From: a virus | Taxonomy: Duplodnaviria > Caudoviricetes | IMG/VR virus record: IMGVR_UViG_3300010354_000120 | Location: 1 to 53,647 of that record | DNA length: 53,647 nt | Strand: one strand, 5' to 3' | In this document: positions 44,694-53,525 of the stretch, piece by piece | Numbering within the stretch: the stretch's first letter is position 1 | Layout of the letters: each line of letters begins with the position of its first letter | Notes under the pieces: model-generated | The model's database searches: none | What the model was told of the DNA's origin: nothing | What the model saw: only the letters and a program-made list of their open reading frames with translations | Made by a program: the position numbers and the translations under genes

Positions 44694-44903
44694 ATGAAAT
44701 GTTATAAGCCATACTCACCAGAGTGGCATCGAAGACGTTTTCTAAAAGAAGCGTTGGACAAATATTTGGATGATTATGTTGCCAACGCTGTGATTTTGGG
44801 TGATATTCTTGATATTCTTTCTGAGAGATCGGAAAGTGCATATGCAGAGTTCTCTAAACTTAATGAGTTAGAAGCGATGCTGCATGAAACAGATGTAAAA
44901 TAA
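44694..44903 (+). CDS. hypothetical protein
   Basis: YKPYSPEWHRRRFLKEALDKYLDD; SD GAGG. Confidence 0.75.
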   Translation: MKCYKPYSPEWHRRRFLKEALDKYLDDYVANAVILGDILDILSERSESAYAEFSKLNELEAMLHETDVK

Positions 44904-44923
44904 ATTAAGGGGTTGCATTACAA

Positions 44924-45241
44924 ATGCTTTCTACACAATATCGCTTGAGACTAGAAGAGATTTGCAATAGAATTTCTCACGGTGAACCAGTTGGACTGGA
45001 GGATATGATCTGGGCAGAGAAACTTGCAAAAGCAAATAGATCTGCAGCAACAATGCTTCGTCAGGCAAGAAGAAGAGCGGCTAATCCAGATATGGTTGAG
45101 GGCAGTCTGGACGATTTTATGAACATTATGGATCTTGGGGATCCTGATCCCAGAAATCATAGATCACGATTTGATGGTGCAGATGATATAATTGATTGGT
45201 TTAAGCAAGATAAACCAGATGACTGGAGGCAGAGAGACTGA
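44924..45241 (+). CDS. conserved cyanophage/cyanobacterial hypothetical protein
   Basis: MLSTQYRLRLEEIC...DMIWAEKLAKAN...LDDF...GDPDP...DDWRQRD. Confidence 0.85.
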   Translation: MLSTQYRLRLEEICNRISHGEPVGLEDMIWAEKLAKANRSAATMLRQARRRAANPDMVEGSLDDFMNIMDLGDPDPRNHRSRFDGADDIIDWFKQDKPDDWRQRD

Positions 45242-45375
45242 TGCAAAGTGAATTTGAATTTCTGTTCACGGAGACTGTCAAGGTTCTTGTGAATGTCTGT
45301 TATGTCTTGGTATTTTTTACTGGTGGACTCTATCTTGGTTACTTAATTGGGCGAATTCACGGTCGGGATGATTAA
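45241..45375 (+). CDS. 44-aa membrane micro-protein
   Basis: TGATG coupling; MQSEFEFLFTETVKVLVNVCYVLVFFTGGLYLGYLIGRIHGRDD*. Confidence 0.55.
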   Translation: MQSEFEFLFTETVKVLVNVCYVLVFFTGGLYLGYLIGRIHGRDD

Positions 45376-45389
45376 TCCTGGAGTTTTAT

Positions 45390-45617
45390 ATGGCTTACTC
45401 AGAAGCACATGATTTTAGTCGATTGTTTTTTAAAAATGTCGATGTGAGAATAGAAAAGCTTGGGTCACAACACTATTGGATTGGGGTAGAAAGACCCGGT
45501 AGTGGAACTCAAGCATCTGTAAATTTTTGGATAGAAACGGATTTGCAGATTAGGTCAAGATTCACAGAAGTTCGACATGATGATGATGACAATCCACGAT
45601 ATGGAATTCTACCATAA
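45390..45617 (+). CDS. hypothetical protein
   Basis: SD GGAG; 75 aa. Confidence 0.7.
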   Translation: MAYSEAHDFSRLFFKNVDVRIEKLGSQHYWIGVERPGSGTQASVNFWIETDLQIRSRFTEVRHDDDDNPRYGILP

Positions 45618-45646
45618 ATAGATTTTGTTATTATAGGAGAATTGAA

Positions 45647-45997
45647 ATGCCAAATCCAAATCACCCAGTAAAACCTGGGGATGATCTTGTTTCTCAATGG
45701 AGTTCTAAGCCTGGTTCAGATGCAAAATCGCTTGCTGAGGATGCGGCTTCCTGGGGATCTGATCAGGAATTAAATGCCGTCATTCAATTTCTTAAGTTGA
45801 AAAGATTGAATGCATACGCACATGAGCTGCAAGAAGTTCGTAGGCCATCAGACACCCCAATAAATGAGCGGGCATTGAATATAATCAATACAAATCCAAC
45901 CAATGCTTATACAGCGGAACAGATTGATCTGATTCGTAGAGCTTTGATTGAATCAATTACTCCACCACCCCAAAATCCAAACGTGATTATTCCTTGA
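45647..45997 (+). CDS. hypothetical protein
   Basis: CATAAATA and SD AGGAG upstream; AASWGSDQELNA motif. Confidence 0.75.
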   Translation: MPNPNHPVKPGDDLVSQWSSKPGSDAKSLAEDAASWGSDQELNAVIQFLKLKRLNAYAHELQEVRRPSDTPINERALNIINTNPTNAYTAEQIDLIRRALIESITPPPQNPNVIIP

Positions 45998-46056
45998 TGT
46001 GGCAGATTGATAAGTGTCACAGCACCTCTTGCTGAAATGCCTTTTAGTGCTATAGT
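45998..46056 (+). promoter_or_regulatory. palindromic upstream motif + -10 box (copy 5)
   Basis: TGTGGCAGATTGATAAGTGTCACA; TG-C-TATAGT at 46051. Confidence 0.7.
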
Positions 46057-46081
46057 ATTATTATGAATGAGGAGAAGGACT

Positions 46082-46654
46082 ATGTTGACCAGTGGGCACG
46101 TGAAGTTTCTGTATCACACAGAAGGTTCCGAATATAACTCTTTGTATAAAGATCTGGTTGATAATCAAACAGTTGAAATTCAATCTCCTGTAACAGATCT
46201 GAATATTCATCAATATTTCAATCTGTTCAATAGTTTTCTTCGTGCAGTTGGATTTGCGGATGAAACTATCATGAACGGAGCAGCGCAATGTGCATTTAAT
46301 GAGATGCGCAGAGTAGAAGATATGCGTAAGGTTGCTGAAAACAATGATCTTATTCTTGATGAGGACTTGGGTGAGCGTATTGTGGATGCTGTTGCTCCTG
46401 TAGAAGAACGTGCTGTGGCAGCAGAGATTCGTGCTAAAGAGTTGAGTGAAGTTGTACTTGATCTGAAGGCACAACTTTCCCGTGCTCTAAATCCAGATAA
46501 TCCAAATTATACGGATGAAGAGGTTGAAGCAATGACGGAAGAACTTATTCGTGAAGTTTCTGAAGAACTTGAAGTTGCCAGGACTTTTGTAAGACTTGAT
46601 CCACTGAATCACATTGATTATCCTGGTAGTCACAATTTTGGAGAAGAAGCATGA
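46082..46654 (+). CDS. hypothetical coiled-coil protein
   Basis: SD GAGGAGAAGG; DLNIHQYFNLFNSFLRAVGF; LKAQLSRALNPDNPNYTDEE. Confidence 0.8.
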   Translation: MLTSGHVKFLYHTEGSEYNSLYKDLVDNQTVEIQSPVTDLNIHQYFNLFNSFLRAVGFADETIMNGAAQCAFNEMRRVEDMRKVAENNDLILDEDLGERIVDAVAPVEERAVAAEIRAKELSEVVLDLKAQLSRALNPDNPNYTDEEVEAMTEELIREVSEELEVARTFVRLDPLNHIDYPGSHNFGEEA

Positions 46655-46740
46655 TTACATACATTCTCACCTTTTTGATTTGGTTTGGGATTGGATATTA
46701 CGTTGCTGACGCTATTTTGAAACTCATTGGAAGGTGACAA

Positions 46741-47160
46741 ATGAACAAACAAAATGGATTTATTGACCCTGCAGTTGTTGCTATTGCTGTAGGTGTGGTA
46801 GTGATTGGTGGTCTCATCTTTATTGGTGGTCCTCAATACAATGTGTGGCAACAATCTCTTGCTGGTAAAGCAGAACTGCAAAAGGCAGAATATACCCGAC
46901 AAGTAGCAGTTTTGGAAGCACAAGCAAAGAAAGATTCTGCACAACAACTTGCTGATGCTGAGATCATCCGTGCTCAAGGTGTTGCTAAAGCAAACTCCAT
47001 TATTGGCGAGAGTCTGAAGGATAATCCTGCTTATCTTCAGTATCTGTGGATTACTGAGGGTGAGAAAGATTCCAATCGCACAGTGTATATGGTTCCCAGT
47101 AATGGTGGAGCACCAATCCCCACTTTTGATATTCAGCAACAACCACAACCCAAGAAGTGA
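46741..47160 (+). CDS. SPFH/band-7-like membrane-anchored coiled-coil protein
   Basis: TM helix, PQYNVWQQSLAGKAEL, AEIIRAQGVAKANSIIGESL..NPAYLQYLW. Confidence 0.8.
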   Translation: MNKQNGFIDPAVVAIAVGVVVIGGLIFIGGPQYNVWQQSLAGKAELQKAEYTRQVAVLEAQAKKDSAQQLADAEIIRAQGVAKANSIIGESLKDNPAYLQYLWITEGEKDSNRTVYMVPSNGGAPIPTFDIQQQPQPKK

Positions 47161-47161
47161 T

Positions 47162-47344
47162 ATGATTATTTTTCCAGTGGCATGTATTTTGTTTGGATGT
47201 CTTCAGGACGTTCCTATTGATCGTATTAATAGCGCGATTGATAATCCTGTCCGTGCCGTTCAAACTGCCATGCCACGGAAGACGACGAAACAAAAAATGG
47301 CATGTTATGTTGAGGGAGTTTTTTATGTGGAGTGTCCAAAATGA
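47162..47344 (+). CDS. hypothetical protein
   Basis: MIIFPVACILFGC...ACYVEGVFYVECP. Confidence 0.65.
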   Translation: MIIFPVACILFGCLQDVPIDRINSAIDNPVRAVQTAMPRKTTKQKMACYVEGVFYVECPK

Positions 47345-47580
47345 TTGAACAAGTTGTATTGTATTCCAACGGAAGTCAAGAGTGCGAACGCATCAAAATG
47401 CTTCTTCAAAGCATTGGTGGGGAATATCATGAATATCATCTTGGCGTTGATTTTAGTGATCGTCAGTTCCGACAGGAGTTTGGAAGTGAGGCAGAGTATC
47501 CGCAGGTTGCAATTGGATTAAATCATATCGGAAGCTTAAAAGAAACTCTACAGTATCTTAACACCAGGGGTGTTGTATGA
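47341..47580 (+). CDS. glutaredoxin-like protein (SxxC)
   Basis: YSNGSQECER, FRQEFG.EAEYPQV, HIGSLKETL. Confidence 0.85.
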   Translation: MIEQVVLYSNGSQECERIKMLLQSIGGEYHEYHLGVDFSDRQFRQEFGSEAEYPQVAIGLNHIGSLKETLQYLNTRGVV

Positions 47581-48194
47581 AGGAAGAAGCATATAATAAA
47601 GCGTGGGAAGCAGTAGAAAAACTCTATGCTGAGAACGGTGATGCACTTCAACAACTTGCTGATATTGAAAAGGAGGAACGAATGGATGCTGTGAGAACTG
47701 CTATTGCTGGTATTGATAAGTATTCCGATGCTCTCAAAGAACTTCGTAAGATTGAACATGAAGAACTAATTGAAGAACTACAAGCAAAGAAAAAAGAAAA
47801 CTTTCAACTGGTTGCTGATGCTTGTATGAAAGAATACGAGCAGAAGTATCATCGTGATGTATTCCCAGTAGATGAATACTGGGTGTATATGGTTTCCGAA
47901 TACTTCGGCACGGGTGAAGGTCAAACCGTCTGTATTATGATGACACAGGCATCGCCATATGGTGCTGATTTTACTGAAGACAATCGCTATGTGCCTATCA
48001 ACTCTCAGCAATATCGTGCTGTGAGAGCATTTCATGAGCAGTTTGGCACTTGGTATCTTCATGGACTCAGATTTCTCAGTAAAGAAGATTTCTTCAGTGA
48101 ATATTCATACTACATTCCTCCTGCGATGATGAAACTCTCCAACAAAAGTTGCTTCAAAGAGTTCCACACACGAGTTCATTATAATTTCTCATGA
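47577..48194 (+). CDS. hypothetical protein
   Basis: 205 aa, coiled-coil N-half, YFGTGEGQT. Confidence 0.8.
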   Translation: MKEEAYNKAWEAVEKLYAENGDALQQLADIEKEERMDAVRTAIAGIDKYSDALKELRKIEHEELIEELQAKKKENFQLVADACMKEYEQKYHRDVFPVDEYWVYMVSEYFGTGEGQTVCIMMTQASPYGADFTEDNRYVPINSQQYRAVRAFHEQFGTWYLHGLRFLSKEDFFSEYSYYIPPAMMKLSNKSCFKEFHTRVHYNFS

Positions 48195-48391
48195 CTGACA
48201 AAGAACTTTACAACCCTGATGAGTTTCTGCTTGATGGCATCAAAAAGTATCACTATGAAGTGATGGATGAAGGGCATCATGTGTGGATGGCATTCTATTT
48301 TGAGAATGGCAACACGGGGCACTTGAATATCTTTCTGAACGATGGTAAGATACAGACACGCTATGAGGAGTGGGATGAAGATGCCATCTAA
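48191..48391 (+). CDS. hypothetical protein
   Basis: NPDEFLL...YHYEVMD..HVW...HLNI. Confidence 0.75.
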   Translation: MTDKELYNPDEFLLDGIKKYHYEVMDEGHHVWMAFYFENGNTGHLNIFLNDGKIQTRYEEWDEDAI

Positions 48392-48713
48392 AATGAAGCA
48401 ATGGGTTGAGAATGCTCTGTGGTCATGTAGAAATTGTATTACCTTTAGATTTGATAATTACAATGACAATATTGATCGCTGCGCATTTTTCGAAGAGTTG
48501 AATAGTGGGTGGTATCAAATGTATATCTACCCATATGATGACATGTATATTCCTATCATTAGCAAAGAACGTAGGTTGCGGTTAGATCAACAACCCTATA
48601 CATTCTATGTGTCTGAGGAGGATTATGATGCCCTAATGGAGAGTTTGGAAAATCCACCAGAACCGTCAGAGGCATTACTTGAACTCTTTAAACGTAAATT
48701 GCCGTGGGACTAA
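48381..48713 (+). CDS. hypothetical protein with DUF1778-like C-terminus
   Basis: VSEEDYDALMESLENPPEPSEALLELF. Confidence 0.7.
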   Translation: MPSKMKQWVENALWSCRNCITFRFDNYNDNIDRCAFFEELNSGWYQMYIYPYDDMYIPIISKERRLRLDQQPYTFYVSEEDYDALMESLENPPEPSEALLELFKRKLPWD

Positions 48714-48750
48714 TTTTGCATTCAATAAATAGATAAAAACCAATTGAAAC

Positions 48751-49740
48751 ATGAATGCGGACGAACTTCGTAATATTCACGAAGCTTATCTGAAGGTTGT
48801 ATCTAATGCACCATCAGAAAGTAAAGCGAAAAATAAGAAAAAATCAACCAAACCAAGAACTCGGGTTGATGAATGTTTTGATGCATATAAATCTGTTGTT
48901 GAATCTAAAGAATTAAATTCACATAAAGATTCGGGTCAATTTAATATTGACGATTATTTTAGTAAATATAAATCAGTTGTTGATGTTAAAAATGACCCTA
49001 AAAGAGATTCAATTGAGTATAATACAGTAATACCACAGCATACCGTATATGAAGATGTAGTTGATTTCTCACTACCTCAAGATGAATATCTAGTTGAGAT
49101 TATTAGTGATATTGTTAGCAATACTGAATATAAATCGGATAGTGAAGTAGATCCACTTGACCCAGAATTGTGCGAATCTGTCTTTAATCATCCCATTAAT
49201 ACTATTAAAACCTCTGATCCATTAACGCCTGTATCAAAGAAATTCGAAGACATTGATCACTTATCTGCTGATTATGTCTTATTTAAAACTCGCGTTCAAG
49301 CTCAATTAAGCACATTAGGTGGTGGGGGTTCAGTTCTCCTTAGAGAGTTGGATGATGTCAATCTGAATACTAGCGTTCCTAACGATGGAGATACGCTGGT
49401 CTACGATGACACTCAAAAGAAATGGATACCATCCGCTGCAGCTGATCTTGGCGCTGTTGATATCATTAATTCTGAAATAACAACGGCCGGCACTCATATC
49501 GTTTCCATTAGTGAGAATATTGTTTATATTGACAATGCAACAACAGTTGTAATGCCAGCAAATCCGGTGTCTGATGAAAGTCATTGGATATCAAACATTC
49601 ATACTTCAGATACTGTGATTAATGGCAATGGAAAAAATATCATCATCGATGGTATAACATATGCAACATTTCCTTTGCCTCCCAATTCTACATTACATCT
49701 ACACTACAATTCTACCAAGGGCAATTGGTATTTAATCTAA
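48751..49740 (+). CDS. putative virion/structural protein
   Basis: ATAAATA upstream; QLSTLGGGGSVLLRELDDV..DGDTLVYD...KW motif; C-terminal beta domain. Confidence 0.75.
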   Translation: MNADELRNIHEAYLKVVSNAPSESKAKNKKKSTKPRTRVDECFDAYKSVVESKELNSHKDSGQFNIDDYFSKYKSVVDVKNDPKRDSIEYNTVIPQHTVYEDVVDFSLPQDEYLVEIISDIVSNTEYKSDSEVDPLDPELCESVFNHPINTIKTSDPLTPVSKKFEDIDHLSADYVLFKTRVQAQLSTLGGGGSVLLRELDDVNLNTSVPNDGDTLVYDDTQKKWIPSAAADLGAVDIINSEITTAGTHIVSISENIVYIDNATTVVMPANPVSDESHWISNIHTSDTVINGNGKNIIIDGITYATFPLPPNSTLHLHYNSTKGNWYLI

Positions 49741-49756
49741 GGAGAGTATTAATCAA

Positions 49757-51697
49757 ATGACATATTTTAGCTCCAGAAATAAGGTATCAACAACCAATAG
49801 TTCAACTACACCTTTGGCAGAATCTGCTACGTTTACGGGAACTGGTGAAGAAGTTTATATTTACAATTCTGCGGTTATAAACTGCAATTCAGATACTGCG
49901 TGTACATTACATATTGACTTGAGTTCAAATAATACCAATTGGGATAAAACCGTCACGTTTACTCTAGCAGCAAACGTAGAAGAATGTCATCGGGTAAGTA
50001 TTACTGGTAAATATTTGCGTGTTAGGTTGATTAATAATGGTGGCAATCAATCATTCTTGAGATTGCAAACTTTATATGGCGATTATTCGGAAATTTCTAG
50101 ATCTTCCAATAGTTTATCGACTGTAGACAATGAATCGGTCTTGACAAGAGCAGTTGTCACTGGAACAACAAGAGGATCTTACTTCACAAATGTTCCAGTA
50201 ACTACAGAGGGGCATTTGGAAGTAGCTGTTCATACTCCAAGACTTCCTTTTGGAAGTGTTCACGTGGAGTCCCTTTATCCAGTGTTTCAGAGAGATGCTG
50301 TATACGGATTGAACGATCAAAAAGTTGCTTATGGCAAAACTTTAAGTGGAATAGTCAGCACTACCAATTCCATGTTTAAAGTTTCAACTGGAATATCTAC
50401 ATATGGTTCTGCTCAATTACAAAGTAGAGAACGTCTGAGATATAGACCTGGCCAGGGAATTGTCGGTAGATTTGCCGGATTTTTTGATGTCGGCGTTACA
50501 AGTTGCTATTTACTTGCCGGGTTGGGACATGCAGAAGATGGAGTATTTTTTGGATATAAAGATACTGAATTTGGAATTCTTCACTCTAAACGTGGTGTTA
50601 GAGAAATTCAGACCTTGGGAATTACAACGGCATCTTCAACGAATGAGAATGTGACAGTCACTCTTGCTGGAATTGCATTTACTGCCGCAGTTACTAATTC
50701 TGGCATTGCATCCAGAACCGCATATGAAATTTCTCAAGCAACATATGCTGGATGGTCTGCACAACAGAATGGAACTTCTGTTGTGTTTCTTTCTAATTCT
50801 GCCGGAAATAAAACCGGAACATTTTCTCTTTCGGGAACAACGGCTTGGGGAACATTTGTAGAAACAAAGGCTGGTGCTGCGGCATCAGATACATGGATTC
50901 CAAAAACGCAGTGGAATGGTGATAGACTTGATGGAAGTGATAATTTCAATCCATCTGGATTTGTTCTTGATCCAACGAAGGGTAATGTATATCAAATAGG
51001 TATTCAGTATCTTGGATATGGGGCTCTTACATTTGACGTTGAAGTTGCCTCACCTGGAAATAATCCAGAATTTGTGACCGCGCATGTAATTGATATTCCA
51101 AACAAGAATACACTTCCAACATTCTCAAATCCGTCGTTTCCATTTACGATGACTGCAACTTCAGCAGGAAGCACCAGTGATTTAAGTGTGAATATTAGTT
51201 CGTTTGCGGGATTTATTGAGGGGCGGAGAGTATTGCAGGGAAACAGGTATACCTATAACAATAGCAGTGTGGCGGTAGGTGACGCTGCATTTCATTGTAT
51301 TTTTACACTCATGAATAAATTTGTGTTTAATGGTAGGGCAAATCAGTCAACTATTAATCTTGTTGATGTGTCTGTTGCATATAAGCACACACAACCAGGA
51401 GTGTTTTATCTGATTAAAAATGCAACTCTTGTAGGAACGCCAAATTTTGTGGATTGGGCCTCTACATCATGCTCTGCGATTGACATTTCAGCAACAACAG
51501 CTACTGTTGCATCCAATGACCAATTTCTTGGTGCCGTAGCTATGGGAGAGAGTGGGCAACTGGAACTTAAATTATCAGATGAAACTACTGGATCACTTAT
51601 TTTACAACCTGGGGAAACTTTGACCATAGCTGCTAAGACGCGAAATGGAACAGCTGCTTTTGCATCTGCAGTTTTGAATACTAGAGAGGACCAGTGA
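49757..51697 (+). CDS. putative virion structural protein (646 aa)
   Basis: SD AAGGAG; RYRPGQG...G.FFGY...WNGDRLDG...IQYLGYG; Ser/Thr/Gly-rich beta protein. Confidence 0.8.
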   Translation: MTYFSSRNKVSTTNSSTTPLAESATFTGTGEEVYIYNSAVINCNSDTACTLHIDLSSNNTNWDKTVTFTLAANVEECHRVSITGKYLRVRLINNGGNQSFLRLQTLYGDYSEISRSSNSLSTVDNESVLTRAVVTGTTRGSYFTNVPVTTEGHLEVAVHTPRLPFGSVHVESLYPVFQRDAVYGLNDQKVAYGKTLSGIVSTTNSMFKVSTGISTYGSAQLQSRERLRYRPGQGIVGRFAGFFDVGVTSCYLLAGLGHAEDGVFFGYKDTEFGILHSKRGVREIQTLGITTASSTNENVTVTLAGIAFTAAVTNSGIASRTAYEISQATYAGWSAQQNGTSVVFLSNSAGNKTGTFSLSGTTAWGTFVETKAGAAASDTWIPKTQWNGDRLDGSDNFNPSGFVLDPTKGNVYQIGIQYLGYGALTFDVEVASPGNNPEFVTAHVIDIPNKNTLPTFSNPSFPFTMTATSAGSTSDLSVNISSFAGFIEGRRVLQGNRYTYNNSSVAVGDAAFHCIFTLMNKFVFNGRANQSTINLVDVSVAYKHTQPGVFYLIKNATLVGTPNFVDWASTSCSAIDISATTATVASNDQFLGAVAMGESGQLELKLSDETTGSLILQPGETLTIAAKTRNGTAAFASAVLNTREDQ

Positions 51698-51702
51698 TCA
51701 TT

Positions 51703-51761
51703 TGTGCCACCTGATGAACTGTCACAGTTCCCCCACATTTGAGTGGGATCACCCTTAATAT
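51703..51761 (+). promoter_or_regulatory. palindromic upstream motif + -10 box (copy 6)
   Basis: TGTGCCACCTGATGAACTGTCACA; TAATAT at 51756. Confidence 0.7.
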
Positions 51762-51785
51762 GAGTATATGAAAAGGGAAAGGTCA

Positions 51786-51983
51786 ATGAGCAACAACAAC
51801 GCGAGCGCAAGTGGAGGAATGGGATTGACTGGATGGCTGACCGTCCTGTTTGTTGGACTTAAACTCACTGGACACATTACATGGCCTTGGATTTGGGTTC
51901 TTTCGCCCCTATGGATTGGTTTTTCGATTGGAGTTGTAATTTTTCTAATTGTCTTTTTGGTTCTGTTTTTGAGTGGTAGGTGA
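51786..51983 (+). CDS. small phage membrane protein
   Basis: GMGLTGWLTVLFVGLKLTGHITWPWIWVLSPLW, two TM segments. Confidence 0.85.
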   Translation: MSNNNASASGGMGLTGWLTVLFVGLKLTGHITWPWIWVLSPLWIGFSIGVVIFLIVFLVLFLSGR

Positions 51984-52219
51984 TGCGTAAAGTCGTTGTA
52001 AAACCAAAGACAAGCAAAGCAAAAAATCGTCTTGCAAATACAATGGGGGGAAATCCTGTCTGTATCGTAGAGCAGGATACTGGTGGTGAGATGTTTCTTG
52101 CGTCAGAAAATCGCAAATACTTTTTCTGGATCAGCACTCGCACAGGAACCTCCAGATTTGGAGACAAAATGGATGCTAATTGGGAAATTATAAGTGAGAT
52201 TAAAGAGGTGATCGAATGA
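51983..52219 (+). CDS. hypothetical protein (paralog of 43605..43799)
   Basis: VKPKTSKAKNR...C.VEQ....MFLAS....FFWI...DANWEII. Confidence 0.8.
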   Translation: MRKVVVKPKTSKAKNRLANTMGGNPVCIVEQDTGGEMFLASENRKYFFWISTRTGTSRFGDKMDANWEIISEIKEVIE

Positions 52220-52392
52220 AACCAAATTTCCGAAAAGTGTTAGAGATGGCTCTTGAAGAAGGTGTTAGATTTGGATACAATCGTGCTCATAAACACGTGG
52301 AGAACCCACATGAAGATGCTGTGGTTGATTTAGTTGTTGAAGGTGCGATGAATTCTCTTTATGAATGGTTTGATTTTGGCGATGACACTTGA
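52216..52392 (+). CDS. 58-aa hypothetical protein
   Basis: SD GAGGTG; MKPNFRKVLEMALEEGVRFGYNRAHKHVENP...LYEWFDF. Confidence 0.75.
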   Translation: MKPNFRKVLEMALEEGVRFGYNRAHKHVENPHEDAVVDLVVEGAMNSLYEWFDFGDDT

Positions 52393-52438
52393 TTAACTGG
52401 CACACCGACCCACTCCAGGTCGGTTTTTGCCTTATAAT
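52383..52438 (+). promoter_or_regulatory. palindromic upstream motif + hairpin + -10 box (copy 7)
   Basis: TGACACTTGATTAACTGGCACA; ACCGACC..GGTCGGT hairpin; TATAAT at 52433. Confidence 0.7.
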
Positions 52439-52459
52439 GTTCATATACGAAAGAGAGCG

Positions 52460-52618
52460 ATGACCCCCATCAATAAACAGCATTGGGATGATCTCTATGC
52501 CCGTCTGCATGATGCTTATGTGGAGTGCTTAAAGCATCACAATCCAACCTATGAACAGAAACTAGCACAGGTTCTGGATCATATGATCATGAACAAAAAG
52601 TATCTTTATATCCGATGA
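52460..52618 (+). CDS. hypothetical protein
   Basis: MTPINKQHWDDLYARLHDAY; first ORF after promoter. Confidence 0.7.
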   Translation: MTPINKQHWDDLYARLHDAYVECLKHHNPTYEQKLAQVLDHMIMNKKYLYIR

Positions 52619-52812
52619 ACTACGTTTGCATTATTGACGAAGTTGTTCAATTTTCCAGCACTAGTCCAAATGACTTCGCACATTATCTTATGATGTATGA
52701 AGATGAAATCTTTGAGGCAGAAGAGCGGGGTGAGTTTGTTCAGATGCTCTCTTTGAATGATGAAGAGTTTGATGCTATGTTCCCTGCGGAGGATGAAGAT
52801 GAGCTTACTTGA
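52615..52812 (+). CDS. hypothetical protein
   Basis: ATGA overlap, acidic. Confidence 0.7.
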   Translation: MNYVCIIDEVVQFSSTSPNDFAHYLMMYEDEIFEAEERGEFVQMLSLNDEEFDAMFPAEDEDELT

Positions 52813-52993
52813 TACTTTGAACTATCTCATACAGGAACAGGAGGGTCATCTTCAATGCTGTGAATGGGATATTCGCGAAGAAACTAATCAAGAAAATCCT
52901 GACCTTGATTGGTATTGTGAGCAATGGGATCTGTGCTATGAACGGATAAACGATCTTCATAAAATTAAATCTATCGTTGAGGAACAATTATGA
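52799..52993 (+). CDS. hypothetical protein
   Basis: SD GGAGG; MSLLDTLNYLIQEQEG. Confidence 0.7.
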   Translation: MSLLDTLNYLIQEQEGHLQCCEWDIREETNQENPDLDWYCEQWDLCYERINDLHKIKSIVEEQL

Positions 52994-53337
52994 GCGGTGG
53001 ACACTTTGGTGATTGTGGTTACGACTATTATAAGGTAGCACAGTTTGCTGATGAGTTGGAAGTAGAAATCCAAAACAACAACAAACCAGATGAGTATGAG
53101 TATGCTCCCAATCTTTCACCAGAAACTATCAAGTATTTGAGGAAACAACTTCGTCTGATGCGTAAGGTATCAGAAATCATGAGGCACATTGATTATCTGT
53201 ATTCTGGTGATCATGGTGAAGATAGTTTTATGGTGCGCGTGAAAGAAGTGGAGAAACACTGGGAGGAGATTGAAGAAATAGTTACACGTATGGATAATCA
53301 TCCAGATGGATGGCAAGAAACTGGAGACGGAGTATGA
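52990..53337 (+). CDS. conserved phage hypothetical protein
   Basis: MSGGHF..., IDYLYSGDHGEDSF motif. Confidence 0.8.
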   Translation: MSGGHFGDCGYDYYKVAQFADELEVEIQNNNKPDEYEYAPNLSPETIKYLRKQLRLMRKVSEIMRHIDYLYSGDHGEDSFMVRVKEVEKHWEEIEEIVTRMDNHPDGWQETGDGV

Positions 53338-53525
53338 CTACCAGAGCACTACAAATCTTGGAATGCACGATGGAACTCTCTATGAGACCCAAAAGTAAAG
53401 ATAGGCAGAAGTTGATTGCCCGTGTAATCAACAAAGTTGCTGATAGATTATGCACCGATTGTGGAGAACTTGAAGACCCTGTATCTGTGTTGCGTGAAAT
53501 TGCTGATGAAGTCGAGGCACTCTAA
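53334..53525 (+). CDS. hypothetical protein
   Basis: SD GGAG; MTTRALQIL...LREIADEVEAL. Confidence 0.7.
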   Translation: MTTRALQILECTMELSMRPKSKDRQKLIARVINKVADRLCTDCGELEDPVSVLREIADEVEAL

